Part shown: positions 60,897-64,000 of the stretch, in pieces
Layout: each line of letters begins with the position of its first letter
Position numbering within the stretch: the stretch's first letter is position 1
Source of the DNA: Azolla caroliniana
Lineage: Eukaryota; Plantae; Polypodiophyta
NCBI GenBank assembly: GCA_043228905.1
Contig: JBHGNT010000014.1
Span: 372,001 to 436,000 of the forward strand
Direction: 5' to 3'
DNA length: 64,000 nt
Notes under the pieces: model-generated
Databases searched by the model: none
What the model saw: only the letters and a program-made list of their open reading frames with translations
Told to the model about the DNA's origin: nothing
Made by a program: the position numbers and the translations under genes

Positions 60897-60988
60897 GGAG
60901 AGATAGGAAAAGAGAGAGGAGCAGGGGAGGGGTATTTTCATAATTATTGATAACCCATCATTATAATTTATATGTAAAACAAAGAGTT

Positions 60989-61905
60989 CATAGAGTGAAC
61001 CATTCATTCATTCACTAACTACTCAATTCATTCATTCATTCATTAGTTCATTCATTAGTTCGTTTGTTCCTTCATTCATTCGTGTGTTGGAGAATGATTC
61101 AATTGATAACTCGTGAAATGAAATGAAAAAAGGTTCAACAACTTACGATACATAAAACGGCGTAAAAACTCTTTTTAGAAAAACAATGGAAGAAAACGAG
61201 TATGTAAAACTATTGATCTTTAGATGATGAGAAAAACACATGCATGATTAGTGACCAATGTATGTGAGGAGAGATTTGATTGTGGTGTTCCAGACGGTTA
61301 TGATTTTTTGCGGTGGGATTACTTGTGTTTCACATTGTGATGATGAGGATGATCGATGATGTCGATTTATTATCATTGGATGTGTACGGGTATGTGTTTG
61401 GAGCATTGATAGATTAATTGAGCAATGGGTGGGTCATAATTTATTATTTAGTTATCAAACCAAGTGGATAGCTATTGAATGTTACGATCGGGGATGGAAA
61501 GGAGAGTGATCGGTTGGATTCATCATGGAAGTGAATAGTCAATTAGTGAATCCATGAAGCAATTAGCACACAATTCAAGGACTAGATGGAGTGGTGAGGG
61601 TGGAAGGGATAAATTATTAGTCGTGGGACTCGGCACATCATTAGTGATTGATTAGAATTAAGGTTACGACAATTATGTCTTTCTGGGACACTATGGATTA
61701 AAATTGAGAGTTGCATAATAACATAACATATGTATTAGAACTTGGTGGCTATATATACATAATAAAATAAGCATAATATAAAATAAAAAATACACTTAAG
61801 AAAAATGGAAAAGGAAAATGAATTTTATCCATAAACATTTGAGTTTGTTTACATGCATTTACAAACGCATTTGGCATAGAACGAACATAAACTTTCCATT
61901 CTATG
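60989..61905. mobile_element. Possible older CATAGA-family MITE just upstream of the aminopeptidase ATG
   Basis: Starts CATAGAGTGAACCAT (compare CATAGAATGAACCAT at 52974) and ends CATTCTATG. No TSD is preserved. Confidence 0.45.
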
Positions 61906-62915
61906 ATTGTTTTCATACCATTCTCCTTTTCCATTGTGGTGAAACTTGATCCCTCTCTCTTAGTGTCTCTTGTCTCATTGTCATTGTGGAGAATGTGTTT
62001 GTTTTTGCTCGTTGGGCAGTATTTGTTTGTTACTCAATGGATATGTTTGTTTTTATTTAATGGGTCTTCTCTTGTTTGGCTCCTCATCCAGTAGATCTTT
62101 GTGGACAAGTTTAGGACTTACCTCATGTTGTTCTAGGGAGTCTTACATAACTAACCTATAACTAAAATATATAGGACCGAGACAAAATCTATTAATTGTT
62201 GGGACTAAGATGACACGCATAAAGTTGTTAGAGCTTATCGTTATGTAAGAAAAAGATGAGGAAATATAAGGTGGGAAAATGGAGAAAGAAGGGTGTCGAT
62301 CCACTCGATCACCCCCAAGCGAAGGGATCGATACAGACTTGAGCCTCGATCGGTGTCCATACCACCGTCGTGGCTCAAAAGTTGCTCAAAAGTTTCCATC
62401 ATTCTATGGATAATATTAGAACTATCTTCGCTTAACATTGAAATAAGAATTCTATGATGGTGAAAATGTGGTATATTATCAATAATATCACCATGGCTAA
62501 TCAAATTGTCTCTATTTAAAGGATTTGTTCAACCATCCATCTAATCATAATGGTATTCATTTTCATTGAACCACGTCTCATTTTGTACTCATTCTCATAG
62601 GGAGTGAGAAAAAAAGAAACATATGTCTACTAGAGGCCAAAATCAACCTATGAGACAAATCACGATTACAAATATTGGTGAATTCATGTGATCCCTACTA
62701 AAACAAAAGTGAAACATTTAGATTTCATAAAGCTCAATGATCATTATTTGAATGCATGTGGTGGAATGAGTTTTGTGATGGTTTGCAAGCATGAAATGGA
62801 TGGATAATATGTAGGAGAGTCATGGTGATTGGAGTACTATGAAATGACGTTATGATGAAGTTTAACAAGCGCATATTGGTGTGCAGATCAAATATGATGA
62901 GAAACGATCTCCATA

Positions 62916-62981
<66 letters not shown>

Positions 62982-63404
62982 TGATTGATCATGATGCACT
63001 AAACAACTCTCGAATTACATTACCTTCTTTACTAGGGGTAAAATTAATATTTTTGAAGAAGTCGTTACGTTATTACTCTTAAGGTGAGGTATTTTTTATA
63101 TTTCCTTCACAAGTTTGTATCAATGTCTTCATTTCTCATTGGACTTTATTTAATCAATGTATTCAAATTGAAAGCTTGTAGGAGCACTTAACATGCTCTA
63201 TTATTTATGTTGTTTCCTAAATTATTACATCCATGATGTTTGATCCAAACGTTTAGTTGTTTCACTTGTACTAACAATATATGACCAAGGTTGGGCATTT
63301 CATTATGGTACTTTTGGCAAATCACAATTTATCTTTATATGAGGACTTAGGGTTTAGGGTTTAGGCTTCAGCACTCTCTTTAGAGGTATGGTAAATGATA
63401 CAAC

Positions 63405-63599
63405 TCAAATGCCACCTTCCTTTGTTATCAACATTGAGCGAAGATACGCCTTTTTTTCATCATACGAGCTGTAGGGAGGCTTGGCGACACCAGCATTGAC
63501 AAAGAATAATTTGAGATATTCCTGGAAGTAGGCCTCGTTGGATATTTGAATAGGTGACTTGCAATATTTATGGCACCAATGAGCTGATCCCAACAAAAA
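63405..63599 (-). other. Possible terminal exon of an unidentified gene extending beyond the window
   Basis: A TTTGCAG acceptor is followed by an open frame FLLGSAHWCHKYCK...KEGGI*. No family was recognised. Confidence 0.3.
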
Positions 63600-64000
63600 C
63601 TGCAAATGTAATCAATATATATATATATATTTCAGTGAGTCCTTGTGTTACCAATAAAGACGAGCCTTTAAATATAACCAATGAAAAAAGCTCAAAATTG
63701 TGTTTCAAGTTCATCTGCGGACCATCAATATGTAGACACAAGGAACTTGATTTCAGCGCATGCATATATGTATATGAATTATATTATAGGTTTGATAAAA
63801 GTTTTTCATTTGAAGGAGAAATAATTAAGCTTATCTGGATTTTTCGCCATCAAGCGGTGACATAATCAATTCCCATATAATATTCATTTCTTTCAATGCC
63901 ATTTTTCATTAATCAATTTGGAAAAAATCCCTATTCTCGAACTCATTTCACAACAATGATGTTTCAAAAGAACGAGAAATAAGTTTCTTGATTAAACCTC

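Overview
Eukaryotic land-plant nuclear DNA, with GT-AG introns, (GA)n microsatellites and plant-type LTR elements. An intact flagellar gene (DRC10/IQCD) points to a plant with motile sperm; a fern is my inference, not shown. Five intron-containing host genes could be reconstructed: Yippee-like (+), SmD3 (+), ERD4/OSCA channel (-), DRC10/IQCD (+) and M18 aspartyl aminopeptidase (-). Positions 6.7-25.3 kb form a nested transposon stack. A Copia element is inserted directly after the YVDDM codons of an older Copia RT. It carries a young, internally deleted tRNA-Trp-primed Gypsy with a 4-bp TSD, and a hAT-like MITE that in turn holds a full-length Gypsy. That inner Gypsy (14974-20016) looks metazoan rather than plant: 4-bp TSD, tRNA-Ala PBS, -1 gag/pol frameshift at G GAA AAC, arthropod-like integrase tail and no chromodomain. 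It is the best candidate for something undescribed. The aminopeptidase gene carries a fully intact Copia with identical TG...TA LTRs, inserted 9 nt into an intron next to the splice donor. All family assignments come from motif recognition by eye; no searches were run.
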